From NCBI GenBank assembly GCA_964455325.1, contig CAYVVV010000002.1:1-38104 (forward strand): 38,104 nt of DNA. The letters are read 5' to 3'. Of this stretch, positions 37,218 through 38,104 are shown one piece after another. Under the pieces are notes generated by a model, which saw only the letters and a program-made list of their open reading frames with translations, made no database searches and was not told where the DNA came from. Each line of letters begins with the position of its first letter. Position 1 is the first letter of the stretch. A program made the position numbers and the translations under genes. Source of the stretch: an uncultured Sphingosinicella sp. (GTDB lineage Bacteria; Pseudomonadota; Alphaproteobacteria; Sphingomonadales; Sphingomonadaceae).

Positions 37218-37892
37218 CTAAAGTTCGATGAGCTTGTCCGGCAGCTCGTTCGGATTGCGGTCGCGCGGCGGGAAATGTGCGGCGAGCAAGAGGCCGCAGT
37301 CAGCGACCGCCCTGACAAACCCGTCTGCGATCTTGCCCCGTCTAACTTCTTCCAGCAACGTCGAAATCGCCGCTCCCCAGGCGTCGGGATCGACCTTGGC
37401 GTGGATGGCTTCATCGGCAATGATCTCGGCGACGCGATCACCCATCGACAGGAAGATGAGGACGCCGGTGCGATCGTCGGTGACATGAATGCCGTGCGAC
37501 AGGAAGCTTTCCATCGCGCGACGGTGCACCGCCTGGCGCTTCAGCGACATCGGCGTCAGGCGCCGCGTGATCGGCGGGATGCGTACAATCAGGAAGGCGG
37601 CGATGAACAACAGCGCCGACAGCGTGGCGTAGAGCGCGACGACCGCTCGCGTTCCGGCCATCGTCGACGCACTGACGTGCCAGCCGGCGCTCAGCAGCTG
37701 CGGTCCGATTATGCCGCTCCAGAGCAGCAGCGGCGGCAGCACCAGCGCCGCGAGCGCCGCCCAGGCGAAAGCAACGGCACGGTAATCGTCGGTGGCATCG
37801 GCGATGACGCAGAAAATCTCGCCTGAAGTCGACCGTTCCGCTGACGCAATGGCGTCACTGACGCGCTTGTGGTCTGCTCCTGACAGGCGCAT
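37218..37892 (-). CDS. TPM-domain membrane protein
   Basis: [28 protein letters not shown]. Start is ATG 37892 or GTG 37895. Confidence 0.88.
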   Translation of the reverse strand: MRLSGADHKRVSDAIASAERSTSGEIFCVIADATDDYRAVAFAWAALAALVLPPLLLWSGIIGPQLLSAGWHVSASTMAGTRAVVALYATLSALLFIAAFLIVRIPPITRRLTPMSLKRQAVHRRAMESFLSHGIHVTDDRTGVLIFLSMGDRVAEIIADEAIHAKVDPDAWGAAISTLLEEVRRGKIADGFVRAVADCGLLLAAHFPPRDRNPNELPDKLIEL

Positions 37893-38104
37893 CACCAGCT
37901 CCCGCTTGCGCCGCCGCCGCCGAAGCTGCCGCCGCCACCCGAAAAACCGCCGAAGCCGCCCGACGAGCGGCCGCCACCCCAGCCGCCACTTCCCGGCCCC
38001 CAGATGATCACTGGCGCTCCCCAGCCGCGGCTGCGGTAACGCCTGCCGCCGACCACGCCGCGCAGCATCCAGATGACGAACCAGATCAGGAACAGCGTCG
38101 GCAC
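37892..38104 (-). CDS. C-terminus of a YgcG/TPM-family membrane protein (truncated by window end)
   Basis: A TM segment followed by the Gly-rich tail GGFSGGGGSFGGGGASGSW. Confidence 0.85.
   Translation of the reverse strand: MPTLFLIWFVIWMLRGVVGGRRYRSRGWGAPVIIWGPGSGGWGGGRSSGGFGGFSGGGGSFGGGGASGSW

Overview
This is a GC-rich alphaproteobacterial chromosomal window, most likely Sphingomonadales (inferred from gene order and protein features, no search run). It spans the probable replication origin. The ppsR-hemE intergenic region (about 24315-24605) carries DnaA boxes, GANTC sites and a CtrA-like box. Genes diverge from it: ppsR-maf-aroE-coaE-dnaQ-hpf-ptsN to the left, and hemE-hemJ-rho...mnmE-mnmG-rsmG-parA-parB to the right, with two parS palindromes. 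The left part holds the end of an atypical chaperone/usher-like pair, tRNA-Arg(ACG), a small CxxC/CxxC protein behind a perfect CtrA box, dcd-rarD-murA, a REP-like inverted repeat, a flippase cluster, PBP1A and SCO/ankyrin/RegB/RegA. Most of the window is core housekeeping DNA. I saw no integrase, transposase, CRISPR array or defence system. The best leads are the usher-like system, the CtrA-linked zinc-ribbon microprotein, a PilZ gene coupled to ptsN, and an ankyrin-coupled RegB that lacks the H+4 phosphatase Thr.
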